Assembly: GCF_000143415.4 (NCBI RefSeq)
Contig: NW_003314299.1
Coordinates: 252,979-316,978 of the forward strand
DNA from: Selaginella moellendorffii
Taxonomy: Eukaryota; Plantae; Lycopodiophyta
DNA length: 64,000 nt
Reading direction: 5' to 3'
The notes under the pieces: model-generated
The model's input: the letters and a program-made list of their open reading frames with translations, nothing else
Databases searched by the model: none
Told to the model about the DNA's origin: nothing
Shown: piece after piece, positions 12,890 to 24,920 of the stretch
Layout of the letters: the number at the start of each line of letters is the position of its first letter
How positions within the stretch are numbered: position 1 is the stretch's first letter
Program-made: the position numbers and the translations under genes

Positions 12890-14483
12890 ATGGTAAGTCT
12901 TTTAGAAAATGGCATGAGGCCACATGCCATTCAGTAGCAACATTGGCATGCACCGATTGGGCTCTCGAGTGCAGTCCGGTTACAGATGGCGTGTAGCCTC
13001 ACGCCATCTTAGGATGCAGCCTCAAGACATCTGATGCAGTGGTGAATGGCGTGTGGCCTCACGTTATTTCCAGCTGCTAGCTTTTCATCTGTCAGCTCTA
13101 ATTGTTGTGCATTTCTGAACAGGCGAGGAATTGCGTTCTTCTTCCAGCCACTGTCAATGTGGATGCAGAGAAGGGAGAGGAGCTCACCAGTTGGACTTTC
13201 GGGATGGAAGGCGAGGATCTGAGGCTGTACAACACAGATGGTGGGAGAAAAGAATGCATGGGGATCCTCATCCAAGTGACAGACACTCCATGCAGTTCCA
13301 TGCAAGAATATGGATTGGCACTTGTGGTAGAGACAGCGTCCGCCTTCAAGATCCACCTTGCACATCCTAGAGGCTTCCCGGAGGGGGGCAGCGGCTATGA
13401 GGAATTCCTAGAGGGAGCTAGGGGGAGGTTGTCCAGGAGGCCCACAATTTCAAAGACGCTGCAGGTCTATGAAGATCACATGGAATCCACGGACCTCACC
13501 TACGGCGATGTTCAAAAACTATATTCCAACATTGAGCCGTTGAGAGTGCCTCCAGTTCGCGAAGCGAAGGGGAAGGGGGTCGATCTGGAAACTACCCCGA
13601 AGCAGAAAAGGGTGGTCAAGCTCAAGCCGACGTCCGACTCTCCTACTCCAAAAAAGAAGCTACTCGGTGATGTCATTGCCTCGGGTTCGAACACTACACC
13701 CACCAAAAAGAAGAGCCGCAAAGAGCAGAAAGAGCAAGAAGAGGCAGCAAAAATCGTCGCAGATAATAGTACTTGTTACTATTCCAACAAAGTATATACA
13801 ATCAACGTGAGCCGTATCGACATCCAAAGCAAATACAACCACAGGCTAGTATCTGATGAGTGGGTGGAGAAACTGAAGCAGAAGATGCTGGCAAATCCAG
13901 TAACACCCGACATCGCAAACGTGATCCCCTACTACCGAACAATGAAGGGCGAGACGAGGTTTCCAGACTTGATCAATAGGAAGGTGTTGGACGATCCGGC
14001 CAGTCTAGGAGGTGGCTGCAGAAATCAACCAAATGGCAGATGGAACGGTATATCAGAAGCCATTTGATCGGACAGACACCAGTCATCATTTATAGCATGT
14101 ATATTGTCTAGCCAAGCACTATCCGCATCTCCATAATCCAGTAACACCCGACATCGCAAACGTGATCCCCTACTACCGAACAATGAAGGGCGAGACGAGG
14201 TTTCCAGACTTGATCAATAGGAAGGTGTTGGACGATCCGGCCAGTCTAGGAGGTGGCTGCAGAAATCAACCAAATGGCAGATGGAACGGTATATCAGAAG
14301 CCATTTGATCGGACAGACACCAGTCATCATTTATAGCATGTATATTGTCTAGCCAAGCACTATCCGCATCTCCATAATCTGCTCAACCGGATGGGTTCTT
14401 CGACCACTGAACATGAGCGTGGACGTATTAGAGAAGAGATGGCATTACTATTGGGTTTAAATCCTGATAGTGTGGAGAGATGA
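12890..14483 (+). pseudogene. Deleted remnant of the ParB-MTase-phosphatase cargo gene, copy 1
   Basis: ORF 13102-14067 matches the N-terminus of 30177-32732, then jumps at ~13996 to the equivalent of ~34201 (~3.1 kb deletion). Confidence 0.9.
13894..14379 (+). repeat. 241-bp tandem duplication with AATC microhomology
   Basis: 13894-14134 is repeated at 14135-14375 and spans the deletion junction. Confidence 0.9.
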
Positions 14484-15783
14484 AATTCCAAGATTATTGT
14501 ATAGGTGTTGGAGGCAAAAAATAACAGTCTGAGATGGCATGTATTTATTTAAAAATGTAACTTATTATGGCATGGGGTTCCATGCCATTGTATTAATATT
14601 AAAAGACAATTCTTTGAGAGGATTTGCATTATACTAGAAGTGTTACAGCATGTTATTAGAAGTCTACGAAGTTGTTTTATTAATAAGGGGAAAGTAAAGA
14701 TTGAATGGGGACTTGGGCTCCACTTAGACTCGGAGTAACTGAGCCAATATTAAAAGAATGGAAAGAAATTGGATGACGATGACAAGGAGAAGAGAGAGGT
14801 GAAGCAGTGGCAGGGGGAGGAGAAGTGATTGAGTAGACATTTCCTTGTTTAAAATAAAATGGCATGTGCCTCAATATAGTTGAATTTTGTTATATTTATA
14901 TACTATATAAAGGTTTGGAAACCTTATTTTACAAGTGGGATAATGACAATTCCCACTTTAACGAAATAGAGCTTTTATGGCTTATTGGTTTATCCATTAA
15001 CACTTAGAGTAGATTGTTGGATAGAGAAGGTGTGAAGTTTAGGCATTAACATTTCTAGCACTTGTGTTAGTAGAAATGACATTGTTATTTCAAGTGATGA
15101 GGAATTTTCCTTAGAACTTGATTTTTCATGTCATTTTTCTTGTTAGTGTTTTGGCTTCACAATGAATTTTGAAGGTGGTTGAAGATGAGTGTTAATGTAA
15201 TATAGATATCCAATGATATAATTTTCTTGATCAAGTTTTAGATGTTCATTTTGCATTTTTGCAAATGTCAGTGTTGGATATCGAAAATATGGGCAAGATG
15301 TTCGATGTTTAAGCATATTGCTGGGTCATAAGAAATTGTGTTAAAGTGAACTTATGTGAAGTTGTTAATAGGAGGAAGTTAGTTGAGTCTTGAAAATTTG
15401 TATTTCTAGACTAAGAGTCATTCTTTCTCTAGGATGGAAAACTTTTCCACAAATTTTCTTAGACTTTTCCGATGGCTAATTTGTTGATCACTTTGCTCGA
15501 AAACCATTCCATTTTCGTAAGCTAGTACAAACTAGTGAAGGGGTTAGAGTTAACTTCAATTAGTTTAAACCTCAGTAGATAGTTTGTATAGAGATATTGA
15601 CTTCTGGGGCTAAAGCAATTGAGTTGGATAAAGTCTAGGATTAGTGTAGAAAAGTGGCTGTTGTGCTTTTCTAAAAAAGTGACCCTTGTGCTTTTCTTTT
15701 ATAACGTTGTGCTTGGTGGTAGGTTATACCTTGCATCTCGTTAGACTCTATGAGAGTAGTGAGCTCTCACTGATCTTGACTTG

Positions 15784-18700
15784 TGTGAGACACAAAATCC
15801 CTAGGCCTCAAAGTGGAGCCAAAAGGGTGCCACGTGGTAGTGGCCGAAGTGACAGCCAAACGAGCGTAACACGTTTGAACTAAAAGCTCCGAGTTGAAAA
15901 GGTCAAAAGCAGGAGTGGAACTCCCAACGAAGTGCTTGAGAAATAAGCACGAAGTGAACAATGAGTGAGTCTCTAGAAAAGGGACACAAGAGGACCAAAA
16001 CTTGACATGTGGAAGTGTCCAAGATGGACCTGAGATGGAGTCCGAGATGGAGTCTAAGATGGACTCAAGATGGAGTCCGAGATGGAGTCCAAGATGGAGT
16101 ACAAGATGGAGTCCAAGATGGACCCGAGATGGAGTTCGAGATGGAGTCCGAGATGGACCCAAGATGGACCCAAGATAGAGTTCGAGATGGAGTCCGAGAT
16201 GGAGTCTAAGATGGACCCAAGATGGATCCGAGATGGAGTCTGAGATGGACTTGAGATGGAGTATGAGATGGACCCGAGATGGACCTGAGAAAGAGACTGA
16301 AATGGACCCGAAATGGAGTTCGAGATGGACCCAAGATGGAGTCCAAGATGGAACCGGGACCAAGACCGAGATCGAGATCGAGACCGAGACCGCGACCGAG
16401 TCCGAGTCNNNNNNNNNNNNNNNNNNNNNNNNNNNNNNNNNNNNNNNNNNNNNNNNNNNNNNNNNNNNNNNNNNNNNNNNNNNNNNNNNNNNNNNNNNNN
16501 NNNNNNNNGGGGGGGTTTGGGGGGGTTGAGGGGGCTTCCAAAAGTATAGTAGGGAGAGTGTGGGGGTTGGAGCCAGTTTGGCCAGGAAAGGCCAGTTTGG
16601 CCCAAGAAGGCCATACCCAGTGTTGGGTGATGAGCTGACCACTGAGAAGTCCAAGACTAGAGTGAATACGGACTAACAAGCGGGGTAGCTTGGTGAAGTG
16701 TTCAAGAGCCGGCTCTAGTTCCCTCGGAAGATCGAATGGTCGATGTTCCCAATCCAAGTGTGGGTGGCACTACTTACTTGGATACCAAACATGGCTCAAC
16801 GGAACCTTGCTCTAAGCCCATGGCTAGAGCACCCAAAGGCGAAAGGTAAGGAGAGTACCCATGAGGCCTGCATAAAGCTACGGTGTTTCGAAATATTGTC
16901 CCAAAATCCCAGACTGTGGAAAGGAAGAGAAGTAGCCCTTTGGTGTGGTGATCAAGGACACAGTCACACGGTGAAGAAGTCTCAAAGGACCGTGGGATTT
17001 AGTGGTCGGGCCTATGGGCCTTGATCTAGTGGCAGTGTTAGCGAACACAACTATAGAAGAAAGGGATTTGGTGAGGACTGGAAAGGAGATATTGGGGAAG
17101 GCTGTTCCCCATGTCTGTGGGCATCCTATGGATGCTGAGGAGTGGATCTGGGATGACCACTCATGAACAAATGGTCCAGTCTTGGAGAGATGGGATTGCA
17201 ATGCAAGTGGCATTGGACCACTAATGTGACCAAAGTGAATAGGCATGGCCTAGCATAACGGGTTGATATGTCGGTGGTACCTTGGGGTGTCGATCATGGG
17301 ATCGGACATATGGAGCACTTGGACCAAGTGCAAAGGTTGAATGGTATGGATGCCATTCTCAGGGCAAGCAAGCCCCAAGTCCTGAATTGGATTTATGGAG
17401 GTTGTGAATGAGACTCTTCCAAGTGGTTGGAGGTATGGTTAAGTGACTAAAGTAGAATGGAAAAATTAGTCACTTACAACTCGGTATTAGAGCTGTTCCT
17501 TAGTCCAACTTTTATTGGTGGCCAAGTATATCACCACTTGTATTAGAATTAGAAGGTCCTAGATATAGACCTATCCTCGAGGAGTAGCATGTTGAGAGGA
17601 CATGACTCTCCACTCAAGAAGGCCTTGAGGTCAAGTTGGTGAGTTCATGAGAACCCCTTCCAAAGGAATCCCAATGGAAATGGGAATGGCATAACCTAAG
17701 GTAGAAGGCATGTGGTTAAAGTGTGGTGACCCAAATAATGATGGAGGTGTGGAAGCATCAACAATGAGTTGTAGGACTTGACAATTATGAGGAAACTAAG
17801 CAAAAAGTGCAAAATAATTGGTTAAATTGGTAGAAGGTAACTACCTAAGACTTCTGATTGGGATAAAGAAGTTAGATATACCCTTATGAGGGAGAAATTG
17901 CTTATGTTGCAATATAGTAAGTCAATGTTGTAAAAAACATGCTCATTGCCAAAGAAGGCCATCATTAGGACACCCAAACACTCTAAAACACTAGGAAGTG
18001 GTGTTTGGTGTCGCAAGGGCATTAGATAAGGCTCAAGGGACTAAGTCCTTAGTGAATGATGGATAAGAAGTGTTATCCAAACATTCAAGGTTGTGGAGAT
18101 GGGAGAAATCCGTCTACCAAATTTGGACAAAGCCAAAAATGGGATTTTGGCAAGGTTAGTGATGGGCATATAGAGACCCATAAGTAGTAATGTTAATCCC
18201 GGTGTATGGGATTATAAGGTGAGCATCCCAAATTGAGGAACCACTCCCTAGGCTATCAGGTAGGTTCATTCCTATGAATATTTGCTACAGCATAGTAGAA
18301 AGTGCAAGGCTATCCTTCTAGTCTAGAGGAGAATAACCGAAGGAAATGTGTGAAGCCAAAAGGCAAGTAGTATTGAGATGGAACTGAATCATAGAAATCA
18401 AAGGGCATAATAAATAGTGGTTATGCAAGTTGGGTGTGGAGAATCAAAAGGGTGCTCGAGGATATTGTTACTAGCAACCGCGATGCCTTAGAGAGTCTAA
18501 AATATGGAATTATCCATGTTAGACCATATGGTGAATAGGGAGCTTGCAAAAGAAAACCCTTAGCAAACTAAAGAACAAAGTTCCTTGAAGGTTCTGAAAG
18601 AAATTTTTAGGTAGATAAGTACCTAAAAAGGGTTCCTAGAGCACACGAAATCAGAGTGGCACAGCAAAAGCATGGTCTTGAAGCTGGCCATGAGGCGAGG

Positions 18701-21700
18701 CTATCAGGGTTGGGGAAGTAGTTCCCGAGTGTTCAAAGAGAGGGCTTTGAACGAAAGTCGATGGTTAAAGACTTTCACACTTATGCATGAACCATGTTAC
18801 GGTAGTTGGATGACTTGCTAAGTGAGATTGGCAAGTCAGGGGAACAAATCCCCTAGTTGAAGGTGTTAATTTGAAAAGGGGTGGCCCATGGAGCCGAGCA
18901 TGGAGGAGTCCATGCATGATCACAGATTTGTTAAGTGAAAGGACTTGGTAGTGCAGAGGAACTATGTTCCTAAGTTGTGATCTATAGCGCACTTTAACTA
19001 TAAGTTGGTGCACCGATGTGGGGAGTCACACTAGGCATTTTGGATGATGCCATTTGTAGATGCATATACGGATGTTGGGTTCGAGTCCTGACCCTCTAGT
19101 GCTTGGGTTTGAGTACTAACTCACTAGGGCGTGGTGATGGTTTGAAATATGAAGACACTCATTTTTTAGTGGTCATGAACTCTTAGTAAGGAGACTGGCT
19201 TGGGCACACCCCCAAGCAAGGGATGCCCTAGAGTCGTGATGCACAGTTAGATTGCTTAATGTGGCTTGGTATATTTAACTTGAACAATTTAGTGCAAGTG
19301 GCACCAAAGATGTGGTGAATGAAATGGGGACATCCAATCTCAGTTGCTATGGACCCTTAGCCAGAAGGGCTGGCTTGGGTGCACTGCCAAGTGTGGGGGA
19401 TGCCCTCGGGGTCATGGTGAACAACTAAAAGGTCTGCGAAACCTAATACCTATTGGCAAATTTGTTAAGGTGCCAAGGTGTGATCACTCGGTGATCTTAT
19501 GGCTAAAACAAGGACAAGATCCTTGTGAGGTTAAGGGATAAAGTTCCTAGTTCAAAGTGTTAGTTTGAACTATTGATGATAGTGTGGCTTGGTCAAGGTG
19601 ACCAAGTGGGAAGAACACCTAAGGGAAATGATTTGTGACTATGCGATGGCGTAGTAAGTCTGAAGAAAGTAGTTTCTATAAGAGACTTATGGGAGGGTCA
19701 TAAAGTTGGGAGAGGGATAGAGCCCACAGTAGAAAATGCTAAAGAGACGTACTAGGGGTGAACACCCTTTGGACTTAACAAAGCAAAGTCTTTACTATGG
19801 AACTGAAATGATATCTCAAGAATAGAGGTAGTGATACGATGTTGCTGAGTGCAACAATCAAAGATAGAAGCAAAAGACTAATGGTTAAAAAAAGAGCCAT
19901 GGGAATAATGGGAAAGAATCCAAAAGGCAAAGTTAGGCCAAAAACACTAATGTGTTGGGTGCTAACGAATTGTGGAAAAGGCAATATGTTTCTAAGGATG
20001 GATTCCTAATTGCTCCAATTTAGCGAAAGTGGAAGTTCTAAGGGAGGGAGCAATGAGGTAGCTAAATGATAGAACCATGAACAGCCCTAGCACAAATTAT
20101 GAAACCTGAAACTTAGTGCCCAAGGTGGCACAAAATATAAAAGAGGATGATAGTGCCCTTAAGTAGAGAACTTTCTAGGATGGGGACATGGGGTTGCACA
20201 ATATGTGCAATGCAAGGTGTTGGAGACACATAGGAAATTGACTCTGAGAAGTCAAAAGTAAAAGTTCCAAAGTGTAAAGGTTATATCAATGGAAATTGAG
20301 ACTACTCGAGAATGAGTAGTGGGGTTGAGATAGAGATAGTGTCTCTAACAAGTTTAGTGAGAACTAAACCAATAAAAGGAGAGGACCCCACCACAAGTGG
20401 TCCAATCAGTCTCTAAGTTGGAGAGACTAGGCTCCTTAGAGGATGGACAAGGCATGGTGAGCCTTCGGTGTCAAACCATAGACAAATATTGGTTGGGGGC
20501 CAAGGATAGAAATTGTAATATATACGGGTGTTACTTTATAAAAGGGTTTACCATTCAATAAGGACATCGAACTTCGTTTATAGGTGGTGGAGTTGTGAGA
20601 CACAAAATCCCTAGGCCCCAAAGTGGAGCCGAAAGGGTGCCACGTGGTAGTGGCTGAAGTTAAAATTAAACGAGCGTAACATGTTTGGACTAAAAGCTCC
20701 GACTTGAAAAGGTCGAGAGTGGGAGTGGAATTCCCAACGAAGTGCTCGAGGAACAAGCATGAAGCAAGCAATAAGTGAGTCTCTAGAAAAGGGACACAAG
20801 AGGACCAAAACTTGACATGTGGAAGTGTCTGAGATGGACCTGAGATGGAGTTTAAGATGGACTTGAGATGGAGTCTGAGATGGAGTCCAAGATGGACCCG
20901 AGATGGAGTCTGAGATGGAGTCTGAGATGGACCCGAGATGGACCCGAGATGGAGTTCGAGATGGACTCGAGATGGAGTCCGAGATGCCAAGATGGACCCA
21001 AGATGGAGTCCGAGATGGAACGGGACTGAGATTGAGACCGAGACCGAGATCGAGACCAAGTCTGGGACCGAGATTGGGACCGAGTCTGAGTCCGAGTCCG
21101 AGTTCGAGTCCGAGTTCGAGTCCGAGTTCGAGTCCGAGTTCAAATCCAAGTCCAAATACTAATATAGGCAGTTGGGTGAATGCCCAAAGCAATCATCCCT
21201 CGGGGGTTGAAGCCCAGTGGAGCAAGTTTGGCCAGGAAAGGCCAGTTTGGCCCAAGAAAGCCATACTTAGTGTTAGGTGATGAGCTGACCACTAGGAAGT
21301 TCAAGATTAAAATGAATACGGACCGACAAGTGGGGTAGCTTCATGAAGTGTTCAAGAGCCAGCTCTAGTTCCTTGGGGAGATCAAATGGTCAATACTCCC
21401 AGTGGCACTACCTACTTAGATACCAGATGTGGCACAATGGAATCTCACTCTAAGCCCATGGCTAGAGCACCCAAAGGCAGAAGGCGGGGAGAGTACCGAT
21501 GAGGCATGCGTAGGGCCACGGTGTTCTAAAATGTTGTCCCAAAGTCCCAGACTATGGAAAGGAAGAGGAGTAACCCTCTAGTGTGGTGACCAAGGACACA
21601 GTCACACGGTGAGGAAGTCTTAAAGGACCATGGGACTTAATGGTCGGGCCTGTGGACCTTGATCCAATGTCAGTGTTAGCGAACACAGCCATGGAAAAAA

Positions 21701-22116
21701 GGGACTTGGTGAAGACTGGAAAGGAGATATTGGGGAAGGCTATTCCCCATGTCTGCAGCCATCCTAAGGATGTTGAGGAGTGGGTCTGGGATGACCACTC
21801 ATGGACAGATGGTTTAGTCTTGGAAAGACGGGATTGCAATGCAAGTAGCGTTGGACCACCGATGTTACTAAGGTGAATAGGCATGGCTTAGCAGAACAGG
21901 TTGATATGTCGGTGGTACCTTAGGGTGTCGATCATGGGATCGGACACATGAAGCACTTGGACCAAGTGCAAAGGTTGAGTGGCATAGATGCCATTCTCGG
22001 GGCAAGCAAGCCCCAAATCCTAAATTAAATTTATGGAGGTTGTGAATGAGACTCTTCCAAGTGGTCGGAAATATAGTTAAATGACTAAAGTAGAATGGAA
22101 AAATTAATTGCTTACA
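15784..22116 (+). mobile_element. Complete non-autonomous LTR element family B (LTRs 15784-17478 and 20594-22116)
   Basis: TGTGAGACAC...CTTACA termini, TSD acttg (15779-15783, 22117-22121), degenerate Met PBS 17482-17493, PPT taggtggtggagt 20581-20593. The 3.1 kb internal region has no gag-pol ORF. Empty site at ~53150 (minus). Confidence 0.9.
16409..16508. other. Assembly gap (100 N)
   Basis: Run of n between the LTR hexamer array and a poly-G tract. Confidence 1.
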
Positions 22117-23362
22117 ACTTGGTCTTGGTGGCCTTGCGCCTTGGTTGAGGATGGTGATATCCAACTTAGTTATTTGAGGTTGAAATATTGGTACCCATAC
22201 TATAGCTTTGAGGTTGTGTACCAATATGAGCTCATCTCATGATTGTCACTTTAGTTTTGACTAAATGTTGATTATATAAAGCTAGCCTCTTCAAGGAATG
22301 CTTAGAGCTATTGACTAAATGTGTTAATGACTTTATTATTATACGATTGGATTTGAGTAGTCATTTAGTTTGTGCTTGTCCGTGAACCTTTATTTCATAC
22401 TTGGGGTATTACATTCAATTGTTGGTTGCTTTGCGACTAGTGGTTATTTATAAACTTTATCGAGAACTGTTGATACTTGTTTCACTCGATGATGATTTAG
22501 CAGTGATAAACTTGCTTTACTAGATGGTGTTGCGGAGGATCGTATCGTGGCTTGTATGGTTTTTCCATGTTGGCATGTCAATTCCTTTATCGATATCATT
22601 TGGTTACGTTTAGTCCATGGTGTTTGATTTCATTGAGTCTTGGATGTGGTGAATCACTCCTTGATAATGTGTTATCTGAAACTGAGTATTGTTGAAGGAT
22701 TAATCTCGGATACTGACTAAGATATTTTCGACTTTGGTTAGTTGGTTGCTAGAAAGTTTTGAGTGGTGATTCACTTTTGTTTTCTTCTAGTTTTGTTATG
22801 GTGTTGATGACATTGAAGTGAATACCTTATTATTGATATTGTTGCTGTTGAGATTCAAGTGAGATGAGATGACTTTCCGTAGGATTGATATTGAGTTTCA
22901 TTAGTCTCGATGTAGATAGTGTTAATGATTTGGCTATAGCTTTGTGTTATTGGCATCCATGCATTTGATAGTTAGCAACTGTATTAACGTTTAAATGAAC
23001 TAAGTGGCAAGTTGAGTTAATTATGTTCTAGATGAGATTGTTTAGTTGAGGTTGAACTTTAGGTTTTCCTTGAAAATTGATTTAGTCATGGACTATGCTA
23101 GCTTTACGAGAAGAAGAGTTTGTAATCGATATTGAAATGTTTGAATCCTTATTAAATTTGGGTTGAAATATATTGATCATTGATGATTCTTCTTATACTT
23201 GTTATGAAGTGAGTTATGTTTTGCTATAAATGGATTCATGAAGGGTCGTTTAGTGATCACTTGTTGAGCATAACTCTATTGTGCTTAACTTTTGGATTAA
23301 TGCAAATATGCTCTTCATTAACTTTGGTATTATGACGTTTAGCTTATGGATTTTTTGAGAAG

Positions 23363-23386
23363 ATGCTCTATTTCGTTAAAGTGGGA
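23363..23386 (+). repeat. Left TIR (also 2449-2472, 55724-55747)
   Basis: ATGCTCTATTTCGTTAAAGTGGGA versus the reverse complement of the right end, AAGCTCTATTTCGTTAAAGTGGGA. Confidence 0.95.
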
Positions 23387-24021
23387 TTTATTCAGTAAAA
23401 TGGGACTAGGTACAAATTTTCAAGTATTTGAAAATGACGTGAAATTATATGTTTTTTGTCCAAGGGCTAGACATATCTGGGGCATGGTGACTAGCGCGGT
23501 GACTTTATGTCTAGACTGAGTCCATCTGGTTGTATAATAAATCTCATTGTCAAGGTGAACAAGCCGAATCTGAAGCTAAAGAAGAGCGATGGCATGCGCG
23601 CACACACTATTTGTTTGTTCATTGAGCGTGTGGTGAGCTTTCCAAGATGAACGTCATTCCTATTAGCCAGACATATAACTTATGGTGAGAACATTTAGAT
23701 ATTATTCAATGTTATCTTTTTCTAACGAATCTAATTGTGAAGGTGTAGCAAGAGGCATTGCTAGTCTGGAGAAGTCATTTAACTCATTTGACCCTTAGTG
23801 TATTTTCATGAAACTAAATAACATTCATATTATTAAGGAATTTCTCTAGTACCTTTTTTTTACGACATAGAGGCTTGCATTTCTTTCAAAGGTGATTTAG
23901 TAAAAGGCCTGAGGGCACATGCCATTCTATTTCTCAGACCGGTATTAAGATATACTAGTGCAAACGGAAAAAGGTATTTGGTGATCAAGTAAATGGCATG
24001 AGGGCACACGCCATTATAAGC

Positions 24022-24381
24022 CTAAGCGCTAGTGGACACCTCCTTTTTGGTACTCTCAGCGGTACTATCATCCTTCTCCGGGTCAGTTGTTTTGCTTTGG
24101 ATTGTTGTCTCTGACGTTACTGGGGCGTTCTCGATAGTTGTTAATGTTGCCGTTTGTTCAGAAAAATGATCACCTGGAGTATAGTACGGGGAGTTTGGAA
24201 GACTTATATATTCTACATCTTCACCTATCTCCTTCTCTGTCTCCTTTTTTGCCTCACTTACAGATTTTGTGCTTGCCATGAGAACGCTCTTCACCCTAAA
24301 ATATGGAGTTCGTTGTGTTATAAAAGGAAACCAACACACACGCTGTAAGGGAATGATGGTACATAAAGCACGTAAGCCCAC
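24022..24381 (-). CDS. Small acidic ORF or exon of the transposon (copy 2)
   Basis: Near-identical to 3109-3468 and 56385-56744. Confidence 0.35.
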   Translation of the reverse strand: MGLRALCTIIPLQRVCWFPFITQRTPYFRVKSVLMASTKSVSEAKKETEKEIGEDVEYISLPNSPYYTPGDHFSEQTATLTTIENAPVTSETTIQSKTTDPEKDDSTAESTKKEVSTSA

Positions 24382-24920
24382 AATATGGGTTTATGTGCCA
24401 TTAATATGGGCCACATGCCATATTATTAGATTTATGCACGTGTGATTGGTAAATGCATATGTCACATCATCTTTGTTTTACCTCACACACTATATCAGGC
24501 CTAATGAACCATATCACATGTGCGCACATGCTATATATATGGAGAAGTATTATGCAAGGATAGAAAAATTCAATGCATGATTGTGGAGAGCAATGGCATG
24601 AAGCCACGTGCTAAATAACATTTTAGAGAAAGAATTAAAATAAAAACATGCAAACAGTACTGAGTGGACCAAGACTTAGAAGTGCACAATTGAATGAGGT
24701 ATTTCTAATAAATATTTCACTCACCTCATATAGGAATGGCTACCACTCTCAAATGGCGTATCGCCTCATGCCATCACCTTGCAATTTGTTATAACAATCC
24801 GATGAATTCATATTCGGCTTGTTCACCTTGAACTTTTAAGTAAGATTTGCTAGAACAACTAAGAATTTATACTTGTTATTTGTATCATCTCACCTAGGAA
24901 TGGCGTAAGGCCACATGCCA

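Larger units (their letters stand above)
2449..14974. mobile_element. Sola1-like TIR DNA transposon, copy 1 (internally deleted, carries a gypsy fragment)
   Basis: Left end ATGCTCTATTTCGTTAAAGTGGGA, right end TCCCACTTTAACGAAATAGAGCTT. TSD ttat at 2445-2448 and 14975-14978. Empty-site homolog at ~53960-53980 (minus). Confidence 0.92.
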
